Positions 1 through 10,474 of a DNA stretch of 32,000 nt are shown piece by piece. The stretch comes from Leifsonia sp. NPDC080035 (GTDB taxonomy: Bacteria; Actinomycetota; Actinomycetes; Actinomycetales; Microbacteriaceae): positions 885,981 to 917,980 of the forward strand of contig NZ_CP157390.1 of the NCBI RefSeq assembly GCF_040050925.1, in the 5' to 3' direction. Below the pieces are notes generated by a model, which was not told the DNA's origin, did no database searches, and saw only the letters and a list, made by a program, of their open reading frames with translations. The position numbers were made by a program, and so were the translations under genes. How positions within the stretch are numbered: the first letter of the stretch is position 1; the number at the start of each line of letters is the position of its first letter.

Positions 1-2285
<2,285 letters not shown>

Positions 2286-2294
2286 CCCGGACCT

Positions 2295-2351
2295 CGAGCA
2301 CAGGGAAAAGGTCGCGATTCGGATCGAATCGCGACCTTTTCCCTGTGCTCG
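2295..2351. repeat. 57-nt near-perfect palindromic element, copy A (about 26-bp stem); probable bidirectional terminator or REP-like element between convergent mdh and the acyl-CoA oxidase gene
   Basis: The sequence is CGAGCACAGGGAAAAGGTCGCGATTCG-GAT-CGAATCGCGACCTTTTCCCTGTGCTCG. The arms are perfectly complementary. It lies 9 nt after the mdh stop and 9 nt before the oxidase stop. A related copy lies at 21547..21603. Confidence 0.8.
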
Positions 2352-2360
2352 GCGGCTGGG

Positions 2361-4451
2361 TTACTTCTTCTTCTGGGACTTCTCCTGGGCGGGGAGGGTG
2401 CCTGCGGCGCGGTGCTCGGCGAAGTAGGCGCGCGCCTCCGACTGACGCTCGGCCTCCGCACCGGACGCGATGGCCGCGCGGACGAGGTCGGGGCCGTAGC
2501 CGAAGGCGTCCACCAGGTCGACGGCGTGCGGGCGGATGCGCGTGAGCAGCCGGTCGATGTACGCGGTCACGGCCTGCGCGCGCTGCGGCGACAGCCGCCC
2601 GTTCATCAGGTACCAGGCGAGGTGCTTCTCGATGAGGCCGAAGCCGAACAGGTCGCGCAGCCAGGTCAGCACCTGCTTGGTGCCCGCGTCCGGCGCCTTC
2701 TCGAGCGCCTCGGTGAACGCCTCCCACTGCAGCAGCTCGCCGTGCGCGCGTGCCGCCTCGATCAGCTCGTTCTGCTGCGAGTTGAACAGGTCGGCCGCCG
2801 CCTTCTTGCCGAACTTGGATGCGGGGCGCAGCCGGCCGCCGATCTGCGAGATCATCGTCTCCACCCGGTCGGTGAGCAGCTCGCGCTGCGTCGCCGGCTC
2901 CTGCAACCAGTTGACCGCGCGGGCGGTGGAGCCGAAGTCGCGCACGGTCTGCGCGACGCTCCGGAGCCCCGTGCCGTGATACGCCTTGCCCGCCGCCTGC
3001 GTGACGACGTAGCGCGCCAGCGCGCCGGCGTCCGCCTTCGCGAACTTGCGGCTGAAGTCGGTGAGCAGGCGCTTGGCGACCAGCTGCAGCAGGACGTTGT
3101 TGTCGCCCTCGAAGGTGACCCAGATGTCGAGGTCCTGGCGCAGCGAGGTGATCCGGTTCTCCGTGAGGAAGCCGGCGCCGCCGCAGGCCTCGCGCGCCTC
3201 CTGCAGCGTGTCGAGCGCGTGCCAGGTGCTCAGCGGCTTGAGGGCCGCGGCGATGGTCTCCAGGTCCTGACGGTCGGCGTCGCTGTCCGCCGCGCCGCTG
3301 AACACGTCGTCGAACTTGTGCAGGAACACCTCGTGCGCGAAGCTCGCGGCGTACGTGGTGGCGAGCAGCGGCAGCAGGCGGCGCTGGTGGCGCTGGTAGT
3401 CGAGGATGACCTCCTCGTCGGTGTCGCTGCCCGCGATGAACTGGCGGCGCTGGTCGGCGTAGGTGAGCGCGATCTTCAGGCCGATCTTCGCGGCGATGGT
3501 CGAGGAGCCGTCGAGCGAGACGCGGCCCTGGACGAGCGTGCCGAGCATGGTGAAGAAGCGGCGGCCGGGGCTCTGGATCGGCGAGCTGTACGTGCCGTCC
3601 TCCGCGACGTCGCCGTAGCGGTTCAGCAGGTCGGTGCGCGGGATGCGGACCCCGCTGAAGTGCAGGCGGCCGTTGTCGACGCCGTTCAGGCCGCCCTTCT
3701 GGCCGTCGTCCTCCCCGCCGATGCCGGGCAGGAACGCGCCGTCGGCATCCCGGATCGGCACGTAGAACGCGTGGACGCCGTGGTTGACGTTCTTAGTGAT
3801 GAGCTGCGCGAACACGACCGCAGCGGTGGCGTCGACGGCGGCGTTGCCCAGGTAGTCCTTCCACGCCCCGCGGAACGGGGTGTCGATGACGAACTCCCGG
3901 GTCTCGGGGTCGTACGTCGCCGTCGTCGCGATGCTGGCGACGTCGGAGCCATGCCCGGTCTCGGTCATCGCGAACGCACCCGGCACGTCCAGCGACATGA
4001 TGCCCGGCAGGTACTTCTCGTGGTGCGGCTCGGTGCCGAGGTGCAGCACCGCCGCGCCGAACAGGCCCCACTGGACGCCGGACTTGATCTGCAGCGACGG
4101 GTCCGCCGCGACGAGCTCCTCGAAGGCGGCGATGTTGCCGCCGTGGTCCTCGGCTCCCCCGACCGACTTCGGGAAGGCGCGGTGCACCTGGCCGTGCTCG
4201 ACCAGCAGCTTCAGCTGCTCGAACACCCGCTTCCGATGGTCCGCGACGCTCTGACCCTCGATCTTCTGCATCTCCGGCCGGGCGGCGAGCTCGCGGGAGG
4301 CCAGCCGGACCTCCGCCCAGTCGCCGAGGAGCTGGCGACCCAGCGCCTCCACGTCGACGCGCGGCGCTGCGCCGGCCGCGGGCGGGTTTCCGGTGGAGGT
4401 GGTGGTGCGGGGGGTGTTCGGGGCCGTCGTGCGCTCAGCGGTATCAACCAT
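2361..4451 (-). CDS. Acyl-CoA oxidase / long acyl-CoA dehydrogenase family flavoprotein
   Basis: 696-aa ORF. Blocks seen: GQVHRAFPKSVGGAEDHGGNIAAFEEL, LQIKSGVQWGLFGAAVLHLGTEPHHEKYLPGIMS, GAFAMTETGHGSDVASIATTATYD, VFAQLIT, and a C-terminal acyl-CoA-oxidase-like helical domain (CGGAGFLTENRI, TFEGDNNVL). SD GAAGAGGA is upstream of the ATG at 4451. Confidence 0.9.
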   Translation of the reverse strand: MVDTAERTTAPNTPRTTTSTGNPPAAGAAPRVDVEALGRQLLGDWAEVRLASRELAARPEMQKIEGQSVADHRKRVFEQLKLLVEHGQVHRAFPKSVGGAEDHGGNIAAFEELVAADPSLQIKSGVQWGLFGAAVLHLGTEPHHEKYLPGIMSLDVPGAFAMTETGHGSDVASIATTATYDPETREFVIDTPFRGAWKDYLGNAAVDATAAVVFAQLITKNVNHGVHAFYVPIRDADGAFLPGIGGEDDGQKGGLNGVDNGRLHFSGVRIPRTDLLNRYGDVAEDGTYSSPIQSPGRRFFTMLGTLVQGRVSLDGSSTIAAKIGLKIALTYADQRRQFIAGSDTDEEVILDYQRHQRRLLPLLATTYAASFAHEVFLHKFDDVFSGAADSDADRQDLETIAAALKPLSTWHALDTLQEAREACGGAGFLTENRITSLRQDLDIWVTFEGDNNVLLQLVAKRLLTDFSRKFAKADAGALARYVVTQAAGKAYHGTGLRSVAQTVRDFGSTARAVNWLQEPATQRELLTDRVETMISQIGGRLRPASKFGKKAAADLFNSQQNELIEAARAHGELLQWEAFTEALEKAPDAGTKQVLTWLRDLFGFGLIEKHLAWYLMNGRLSPQRAQAVTAYIDRLLTRIRPHAVDLVDAFGYGPDLVRAAIASGAEAERQSEARAYFAEHRAAGTLPAQEKSQKKK

Positions 4452-4553
4452 GAGTTCCTCTTCGATGTCGGGGTCACCGCCACGCTACGACCGACTCCCG
4501 CGGAGCGGAAACCGTCGGTGCGGCGGCTACAAAACGCCACGCCACGTGCCCGA

Positions 4554-4582
4554 GCCCGTTTGTGGGAAGCTCCAAATCGGGC
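4554..4582 (-). terminator. Hairpin downstream of the NUDIX gene (possible terminator)
   Basis: GCCCGTTTG (4554..4562) pairs with CAAATCGGGC (4573..4582): 9 bp with one bulge and a 10-nt loop. It starts 40 nt past the NUDIX stop. No U-tract follows, so the function is uncertain. Confidence 0.3.
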
Positions 4583-4621
4583 CCCCTCGGATCGGCGGGT
4601 ACCGACAACGGGCGGGGACGA

Positions 4622-5227
4622 TCAGGCGTCGAGGAGCAGGGAGCGCACCGTCTCGCGCAGCGCGGTCAGCTCCGCCGGCACGTCCACGGCCCGCGCGAAT
4701 CGCACCAGGGCGCGCACGGCGGGACCCGAATCGGTCGCCTCGCCCGCGAGCAGGTGATCGAGAAGGTCGCGGGAGGGCAGCTCCCGGACGATCCCGGACT
4801 CATCGGCGCCCCACTCCGGTGCGCCCGCCCTGCGGCAGTCGCCGGCGATCACCACGTGCTTGCGGCGGGTGGACGACGCCCCCGTCCACTCCGAGCCGCC
4901 GTACCAGTGCGCACCGGCGACGAAGCCGGTCTCCTCCCGCAGCTCCCGGAGGGCCGCCGCCACCGGTTCCTCGCCGGGGTCGACGATGCCGCCGGGGATC
5001 TCGGCGATCCAGCGCTCGGGGCCCACGCGGAACTGCTCGAACACGAGCGCCGTGCCGTGCGCCGTGAAGGCGACGACGCAGACGCAGTCGGGCTGTACAA
5101 GGACGTCCCACTCCGAGACGCTGCCGGAGCCCGTCCGATAGGTGTCGACGCGCACCCGGATGAAGTGCGCGTACGCCTCGCGCTCGGACAGGCGGGTCCA
5201 TGCGCCGGGGTCAACGGAGTCGTCCAC
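4622..5227 (-). CDS. NUDIX hydrolase (ADP-ribose/NDP-sugar pyrophosphatase-like)
   Basis: 201 aa with a GTG start. The Nudix box is GGIVDPGEEPVAAALRELREETGF (GX5EX7REUXEEXGU). CAGGAT lies 6 nt upstream of the GTG. Confidence 0.85.
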   Translation of the reverse strand: MDDSVDPGAWTRLSEREAYAHFIRVRVDTYRTGSGSVSEWDVLVQPDCVCVVAFTAHGTALVFEQFRVGPERWIAEIPGGIVDPGEEPVAAALRELREETGFVAGAHWYGGSEWTGASSTRRKHVVIAGDCRRAGAPEWGADESGIVRELPSRDLLDHLLAGEATDSGPAVRALVRFARAVDVPAELTALRETVRSLLLDA

Positions 5228-5246
5228 CCGGTCATCCTGACACGCA

Positions 5247-5282
5247 GAACCGCCGGGCTCCCGATGGGGCGCCCGGCGGTTC
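5247..5282 (-). terminator. GC-rich hairpin between the hexapeptide-repeat gene and the NUDIX gene (possible terminator or attenuator)
   Basis: GAACCGCCGGGC (5247..5258) and GCCCGGCGGTTC (5271..5282) form a perfect 12-bp stem with a 12-nt loop. It begins 15 nt after the stop of the upstream minus-strand gene. No clear U-tract. Confidence 0.4.
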
Positions 5283-5296
5283 CGGTGACGGCGTGC

Positions 5297-5746
5297 CTAC
5301 GCGGCGCGGCGGTTCGCCGGTCCGCGCAGCGGCGCGGCGAGCGCGGCCCGGGCGGCGGCGGAGCCCTTCAGCTCCACGACGGCGCCCTCCTGGACCTGCT
5401 CGTCCCTGCCGATGCGTGCGCCGTTGCCGATCATGGCGTTGGCGCCCAGCTTGGCGTTGCTGCCGATCTTGGCGCCGCTGCCGACGACGCATCCCGCGCC
5501 GATGTGGACGTTCGCGCCGACGAACGTGCGGTCGCCGATCGTCGCCCCCTTGTCGATCCAGCTGCCGGCGCCGATGTACGCCTCGAGGCCGACGCGGGCG
5601 TCCGCCTCCACGTATGCGGTCGGCTCGATGTATGCCGACTCGGCGACGCGCGCGGTCGGGGAGACGAGGCCCCTGCCGTTCGCGTGCCGCCTGTACTTGA
5701 TGACTGCGCCGGTCTCGTCCTCGAGCTCTTCGATCATTCTCGCCAT
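5297..5746 (-). CDS. Small hexapeptide-repeat (left-handed beta-helix) protein, function unknown
   Basis: 149 aa, embedded in the 3' end of composite ORF 5297..7678. Starts MARMIEELEDETGAVIKYRRHANGRG, with a strong SD GAAGGAGGG upstream of the ATG at 5746. It has at least 9 consecutive [LIV]Gxxxx hexads: IGAGSW IDKGAT IGDRTF VGANVH IGAGCV VGSGAK IGSNAK LGANAM IGNGAR IGRDEQ. I recognise no acyl-CoA binding tail. Confidence 0.75.
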   Translation of the reverse strand: MARMIEELEDETGAVIKYRRHANGRGLVSPTARVAESAYIEPTAYVEADARVGLEAYIGAGSWIDKGATIGDRTFVGANVHIGAGCVVGSGAKIGSNAKLGANAMIGNGARIGRDEQVQEGAVVELKGSAAARAALAAPLRGPANRRAA

Positions 5747-5885
5747 CTCATCCCTCCTTCGAGATCGTCGCGTTTCTTCCCAGCTGACATAACGCGAAGC
5801 GACCCGGAAGAATTCCTGATCGCCCCACGGAAAGGGCACTGTACGCGCCGACTCCGGGGGCGACCAGGGGGTATTCGGCGAGTTC

Positions 5886-7657
5886 TCAGTAGGACAGGCC
5901 GTGACCGAACCGGTAGAGCGGGTCCGCGGTGTCGAACGGCACGTCGGGGCGACCGGCCCTGACCGCATCCATCGACGACGGCAGGTCCATGGGCAGCCGG
6001 CCCTGCGGGGCCGCCGCGCCGAACAGCACGTCGAGCAGCGCGCGCTGGTTCGCGCCGAAGTCGCCGGCGATCGCGGCGGCGTCCTCCGCGAACGGGGTGA
6101 GGATGGCCGGGCGGTCCAGAAGCACCTGCAGCACCGTCGGGACGGCGCGGGCGACGGCGAGGACCTCCTCCACGGTGTCGGCCGGGAAGTCGAGCGAGCC
6201 CGCGTGGAAGAAGTTCTCGAACACGGTCGCCCGCTGCTCGTACGGCGCGTGCAGCCGCAGCAGGGCGACGTCCGCCTCCTCCGGCCGGTCGACCACGGTC
6301 GCGTACTCGCCGGCGATCGCCTCGTCGAAGCCCTGCACGAAGACCTTCGCGCCACGGGCCACGGGGAGCACGCCGTCGTTCTTGAGCAGCGTGACGGAGG
6401 CGCGCTGCGCGTCCTCCCCCGCCGCGACGAACTCGGGGCTGCCGACGATCGCGCCGGCACGGGCAGGATCAACGGTCGGTGTGTGTCGAAGAGCCCGAGC
6501 CGGAACTTCTCACGCAGCAGCCGTCGCGCCGAGACGTCGATCCGCTCCTCGGAGATCTCGCCGTCGCGCACCAGCTCGACCAGCAGGCCGGGGATCGACT
6601 CGCCGCCGAACTGGTCGGCGCCCGCCTCGATGACCTTCCGCATCCGCTCGCGGGGGCTCAGGTGCTCGACGCCCCAGGCGCGCGCGGGGAACGGCTGACC
6701 GGCGATGTCCACGTCGCTGATCAGGCCCCAGTCGGTGCAGACGATCCCCTCGAACCCGAACCGCTCGCGGAGCAGGCCGGTGATCACGGACCTGTTGAAC
6801 CCGAAGCCGACCTCCTCGTACTCGGTGCCGACGGGCATCCCGTAGTAGGGCATGATCTGGCTGGTCCCGGCCTCGAACGCGGCCTCGAACGGCTTCAGGT
6901 GCGCCTCGAACGCGCCGCCGGGATAGACCTGCTCGCGCCCGTACGGGAAGTGCGGGTCCTCGCCGTCCTTCTGCGGGCCGCCGCCGGGGAAGTGCTTGGT
7001 CATCGTCGCGACCGAGTCCGGCCCGAGCTCGGCGCCCTGGAATCCGCGGATGTAGGCGGCGCCGAGCCGGGAGGTGAGGTCGGGATCCTCGCCGAAGGTG
7101 GCGACCTGCCGCGCCCAGCGCGCCTCCGTCGCCAGGTCGATCTGCGGGTGCAGAGCGACGCGGATGCCGACCGCGGTGTACTCCTGGCGCGCGATGTCGG
7201 CGAACCGCTCGACGAGGGCCTCGTCGCCGATCGCGGCGAGGCCCAGCGCCTCCGGCCACTGCGAGAACGGGCCCGCCATGATCGCGGCGCCGGGGTTGTC
7301 ACTGAACGAGTGCCGGGGGTCGGTGGAGAGCGTCACGGGGATGCCGAGGCGGGTGTCCGCCGCGAGCTCCTGCAGGCGGTTGTGCCACCGCGCCATCTGC
7401 TCGGCGGTGCTCGCCGCCCCGAAGACGTTGAAGTGCGTCATGTGGCGGCCGCGCACCATCTCGTCGGTGTCGAGGATGCCGAACGACGGGTCGGCCCCGG
7501 CGAGCTCGCCGTCCTTCCCGATCATGATCATCGTCTGGAAGAACAGGCCCGCCTTCTCCTCCAGCGTCATCTGCCGCAGCAGGTTCTCGACGCGCTCGTC
7601 GATGGGGAGGCCGGGGTCGCGGTAGCGGGTGTCCACGGTCTGGTCGGTGTCGGTCAT
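5886..7657 (-). pseudogene. Glycoside hydrolase family 3 beta-glucosidase, interrupted by one frameshift near 6479..6486
   Basis: ATG at 7657, with SD GAAGGAG 5 nt upstream. About 391 codons read well: MTDTDQTVDTRYRDPGLPIDERVENLLRQMTLEEKAG, GIPVTLSTDPRHS, KHFPGGGPQKDGEDPH, GIVCTDWGLISD (GH3 nucleophile block), RLLREKFRLGLFD. This frame then degenerates into Arg/Ser/Pro nonsense. Another frame (ORF 5886..6371 plus its stop-free upstream extension) continues TPTVDPARAGAIVGSPEFVAAGEDAQRASVTLLKNDGVLPVARGAKVFVQGF...DPLYRFGHGLSY, a typical GH3 C-terminal domain. Confidence 0.8.
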
Positions 7658-7761
7658 TCGCACTCCTTCGGGCGTCACGTGACGGTCGTCACGATCATAA
7701 ACCGAACAGTGCTAGGTTTTTGCCGCGAGAAGAAGGCCCCAGCGGAGGGCACAATCGGAGC

Positions 7762-8913
7762 GTGACGTCATCGCCGGGAAGCCGCTCCCTCGCCCCCCTC
7801 TACCTCGCGGGGTTCACCACCGCGTTCGGTGCGCACGGCGTGGCGACGGCGCTCGGCGTCGAGGCGGGCGAACTCGGGATAGGCCTGCTGACGTTCGGGT
7901 TCGTGCTGGCCCTGTACGACCTGGCGGAGGTCGTGCTCAAGCCGGTCTTCGGGGCGCTGAGCGACCGGATCGGGGTGAAACCGGTGATCGTCGGCGGCCT
8001 CGTGGCGTTCGTCGTCGCGTCATCCATCGCGATCGTCAGCCCGACGCCGCTCGTGATCGCCATCGCGCGGCTCGGCCAGGGCGCCGCGGCGTCCGCCTTC
8101 TCCCCCGCATCCTCCAGCGCCGTCGCGCGCCTGGCGGGGAAGGAGCGGCTCGGTCGCTACTTCGGCCGCTACGGCGCGTGGAAGAGCGTCGGCTACGCGG
8201 CCGGACCGCTTCTCGGGGCCGGCCTCGTCGGCGTGGGCGGCATCGGTGCGCTCTCGCTCGCTCTCGCGGTGCTGGCGGCCGTGGCCGCACTGTGGGTCGC
8301 ACTCGCCGTTCCCGCCCTGCCCGTGCTCCCGCGCCCGCGTTACACACTCGCGGACCTGGTTCGGCAGACCACCGACCGCGGCTTCCTGCTGCCGACGCTC
8401 GCGCTCGCGGCGACGACCGGCCTGCTCGGCGTCGCCGTCGGTTACCTGCCGCTGCTCGCGACGCGCGCCGGTCTTCCCGCCCTGGTGAGCGGTGCGGCCG
8501 TCGCTCTGATCGCGGTCGTGTCCGCCGTGTCCCAACCGCTCGTCGGACGTGCTCACGATCGAGGCCGGCTCGCGGCCCGCGTCGGCGTCGCCTCCGCACT
8601 CGCCGTCGGCAGCGTCGCCCTCGTTCTGATGGTCTGGGCGCATCCGGTCGCGATCTTCGTCGCCGCGCTGCTCGTCGGGCTGACCGTCGGCGTGGCCACA
8701 CCGCTCGCCTACGCCCATCTCGCCGCGACGACGCCGGAGGAACGGATGGGCCGCACCATGGGCAACGCGGAGCTCGGGCGCGAGGTGGGCGACGCGGGCG
8801 GGCCCCTCCTGGTCGGAGCGATCGGCGCCGCCGCCGGGCTGCCGCTCGGGCTGGGCGCACTGGCGGCCCTCACGGCCGCCTCCGCGGTCGCGTCAGCCAC
8901 CTGGCTGCGCTAG
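7762..8913 (+). CDS. MFS transporter (12-TMS type), substrate unknown
   Basis: ORF 7720..8913. The protein is hydrophobic throughout and has the MFS loop motif GALSDRIGVKPV (GxLaDRxGrkp). The start is uncertain: GTG at 7762 is preferred (CACAAT 6 nt upstream), TTG at 7720 is the alternative. Confidence 0.8.
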   Translation: MTSSPGSRSLAPLYLAGFTTAFGAHGVATALGVEAGELGIGLLTFGFVLALYDLAEVVLKPVFGALSDRIGVKPVIVGGLVAFVVASSIAIVSPTPLVIAIARLGQGAAASAFSPASSSAVARLAGKERLGRYFGRYGAWKSVGYAAGPLLGAGLVGVGGIGALSLALAVLAAVAALWVALAVPALPVLPRPRYTLADLVRQTTDRGFLLPTLALAATTGLLGVAVGYLPLLATRAGLPALVSGAAVALIAVVSAVSQPLVGRAHDRGRLAARVGVASALAVGSVALVLMVWAHPVAIFVAALLVGLTVGVATPLAYAHLAATTPEERMGRTMGNAELGREVGDAGGPLLVGAIGAAAGLPLGLGALAALTAASAVASATWLR

Positions 8914-8947
8914 GCGTAGCCGCCTCCGGCGCCGAGGGCGTGAAAAG

Positions 8948-8981
8948 CCCGCACCGGCAGCGGGGGAACTGCCGGTGCGGG
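8948..8981 (-). terminator. Intrinsic terminator hairpin between convergent MFS and APC-permease genes
   Basis: CCCGCACCGGCAG (8948..8960) and CTGCCGGTGCGGG (8969..8981) form a perfect 13-bp stem with an 8-nt loop. On the minus-strand transcript it is followed by CUUUUCAC. This fits termination of the ADH-permease operon and may also stop the + strand MFS transcript. Confidence 0.6.
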
Positions 8982-8997
8982 CGGTCGGAGGGACGGG

Positions 8998-10428
8998 TCA
9001 GCCGACGCCCTCGAGGGCGTCCGTCTCGGTGTTGCCGATGTTCTGGATCACCTGCGGCCGGCGGCGCGCGAGGTAGACGAACCAGCCGACCGCGGCGACG
9101 ATCGTCAGCAGGAACAGGTAGGGGATGACGTTCAGCGGGAACGCGGGCACCGGCCAGACGTTGGCGAAGAACACGTAGGCCATCGCGGCGACCGCGACCA
9201 CGGCGCACACCCAGACCAGCGTGTTGGGGATTCCGGCGCGGCGGGTGTACGCGATGCACGCGATGGCGACCAGCGCATAGGCGACCATGTAGCCGTAGGT
9301 GCCGTAGGTGTCCACCCAGACCGTGATGTCCATCGGGTCGGAGCCGACCAGCAGCAGGATCACGTCGAGCAGGATGGCGGCGGGGCCGGCGACCAGCAGC
9401 ACGCGGTGCGGGGTGAGGTGGCGCTCGTGGGTGCGGCCGAAGCGCTCCGGGAGGACGCCCTCCTTGCCCATCACGTACATGACGCGGCCGACGACGTTCA
9501 GCGGGGCGACGACGACGGCGAAGAAGGACGCGCCGACGCCGAAGGTCAGGATGGGCGCGAACCAGGACGGCATCCCGATCAGCTTCGCGATGTCCTCCAG
9601 CGGGCTGGCGCTGGTGGCCAGGCCGTCGTGCAGCACGGCGATCTGCGTGTACGCGGCGAACACGTAGAGCACGCCGACCACGACGGCGCTCCAGATGATG
9701 GCGCGCGGGATGGCCGTGTACGGGTTCTTCGCCTCGCGGCCGAGCGCGTCAGCCGACGAGAAGCCGACGAAGCCGAGGATGCCGAGCACCATGCCGGCGG
9801 CGACGCCCTGGAACGGGGCGCCCTTCGCGAACACCTGCGCCGGGTCCCACGCCGCCGGTCCTGCCCAGACGAGCGCGGCGATGAGCAGGATGGTGATGAT
9901 GGTGACCGAGACCAGCTCCAGCACCAGCGAGACGCGCGCCGAGAGGCGGATGCCGCGGATGGTGAAGAGCGTGGCGAGACCGCCGAGCACGATCGCGAGC
10001 GCGATGTACCAGCCGGGTCCGCCGGCGGGGACGCCGAGCAGCACCAGGAACTGGTTGAAGTAGGACACCGCACCGCCGAGCGAGCCCGCGGCGATACCCC
10101 AGCAGCCGATGACCAGCGAGACGCCGGCGAGGTAGGCGCCGGTGGGGCCGAGGCCCTTCGCGACGTACGTGTAGAGCGACCCGGCCGAGGCGTGCTTGCG
10201 GGCGAACACCACGACGCAGTAGCCGACGCAGAGGATGACGATGGTGGCGAGCACGAACGAGTAGATCGTGCCGTTGCCGGCGCCGATGAAGATCGACGCG
10301 GCGGTGAAGGCGATGACGGCGCTGGGCGCGATGTTGGCGATGGCCTGAGCGGCGAGCTCTGGCCCGCTCATCACGCCGCGCCGCAGGCCGGCGTCGGTGG
10401 GGCTGTCCGCCCGGGTGGTCGTTGTCAT
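8998..10428 (-). CDS. APC-superfamily amino acid/amine permease
   Basis: 476 aa from the ATG at 10428 (SD GGAGA 7 nt upstream), with about 12 TMS. Blocks seen: AQAIANIAPSAVIAF, KHASAGSLYTYVAKGLGP, GFVGFSSADALGREAKNP. The track ORF extends to a TTG at 10497 (MHPQFPLHPTPIGS...), which lies in the repeat-containing spacer and has no SD. Confidence 0.85.
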   Translation of the reverse strand: MTTTTRADSPTDAGLRRGVMSGPELAAQAIANIAPSAVIAFTAASIFIGAGNGTIYSFVLATIVILCVGYCVVVFARKHASAGSLYTYVAKGLGPTGAYLAGVSLVIGCWGIAAGSLGGAVSYFNQFLVLLGVPAGGPGWYIALAIVLGGLATLFTIRGIRLSARVSLVLELVSVTIITILLIAALVWAGPAAWDPAQVFAKGAPFQGVAAGMVLGILGFVGFSSADALGREAKNPYTAIPRAIIWSAVVVGVLYVFAAYTQIAVLHDGLATSASPLEDIAKLIGMPSWFAPILTFGVGASFFAVVVAPLNVVGRVMYVMGKEGVLPERFGRTHERHLTPHRVLLVAGPAAILLDVILLLVGSDPMDITVWVDTYGTYGYMVAYALVAIACIAYTRRAGIPNTLVWVCAVVAVAAMAYVFFANVWPVPAFPLNVIPYLFLLTIVAAVGWFVYLARRRPQVIQNIGNTETDALEGVG

Positions 10429-10474
10429 GGCTGGCTCTCCAGTGAGTCGGGTGGGGCTTCCGATGGGGGTGGGA

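Noticed and set aside
5297-7678. A single 793-aa ORF that looks like one large protein.
   Set aside because: It is a composite of three parts: the GH3 N-terminal half (7657 to about 6485), out-of-frame Arg/Ser/Pro read-through across the GH3 C-terminal half and the intergenic region, and the separate hexapeptide-repeat gene (5746..5297) with its own strong SD.
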